A model generated the notes under the pieces. The model was given only the letters and a program-made list of their open reading frames with translations, had not been told where the DNA came from and did no database searches. A stretch of DNA of 40,465 nucleotides, taken from Octopus sinensis (taxonomy: Eukaryota). The position numbers and the translations under genes are program-made. Location: positions 1 through 40,465 of the forward strand of contig NW_021835430.1 in NCBI RefSeq assembly GCF_006345805.1. The letters run 5' to 3'. Below are positions 39,880-40,465 of the stretch, one piece after another (position 1 is the stretch's first letter; each line of letters starts with the position of its first letter).

Positions 39880-40445
39880 GTTTCTATTGATGAAGCATTT
39901 CTTAGAAAATCACAAGTACAGAAAAACTTTTAACAAACGCGCAATTAAATTATCGTGTAGCTGACACCCCAGTATGAAGAACAACATTACAATTAAACAC
40001 CACCAAGAGCTCACTCCCAGTTGTAACTTCCGAGATCCTGGGGTTTATCCATTTGGCCAGGCATGCACGATAAACGCCGCTGTATGAGACAGAAGTTACA
40101 GAATCAGAATCTAGCCGAAAAGAAAAAATTATATCGGGTTATGCAAAAGTGACTTCAAAAAATGCTATGCAAACCATCTATCTTCTTTCCGTGACATGGA
40201 CAAAAATAAAGCCGTGAATGGGGTCTGAAGACCAAGGGCATGCCACATACAATAAAGTGGAACATAGTAAAAAAAAATCCATACCATTTGTTAATGTATC
40301 TAAGAAATGCTACTTAAGCTTAGCTAAAACATTATATATCCTTCAAGATGTACTGCTGAATTTCAGATCAAAAATTGTCGGCGAATACAAACATACGGAC
40401 AAGTTTCTTTTGGCGAATTGGAGAAGGTCACCTTCTCTAGATTGA
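39880..40445 (+). pseudogene. Decayed Penelope-like element ORF C-terminus (linker plus GIY-YIG endonuclease)
   Basis: Across frameshifts: KHFLENHKYRKTFNKRAIKLS..SCNFR..LYETEV..YIGLCKSDFKKCYANHLSSFR..WGLK..IKWNIV..KCYLSLAK..LLNFRS..KHTDKFLLAN, the pattern of PLE GIY-YIG domains with a Cys-containing linker. Confidence 0.8.
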
Positions 40446-40465
40446 GCAGCTGTATCGCGGAGTTT

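Overview
AT-rich, microsatellite-saturated eukaryotic genomic DNA. From memory, the SINE families and repeat landscape resemble Octopus/coleoid cephalopod DNA; no database check was possible. No host gene is confidently recognisable, and most ORF-track entries are microsatellite translations. Contents: (1) six fragments from two subfamilies of R4/Dong-type non-LTR retrotransposons (RT plus REL endonuclease), mostly in or beside (AAT)n tracts in one fixed orientation; (2) four copies of an unnamed ~500-530 bp non-coding element with the same (AAT)n niche; (3) Penelope-like (PLE) pseudo-LTR pieces in (TA)n tracts, two with intact type I hammerhead ribozyme cores (1575-1638 minus; 29294-29374 plus, in a 532-bp-period tandem), plus a decayed PLE GIY-YIG region at the window end; (4) several tRNA-derived SINE families with swapped head and tail modules; (5) two internally deleted Tc1/mariner elements; (6) a compact non-autonomous Helitron; (7) a speculative cluster of small exons near 22.5-23.0 kb. 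The main theme is retroelements partitioning microsatellite types as insertion niches, with ribozyme-bearing units in (TA)n.
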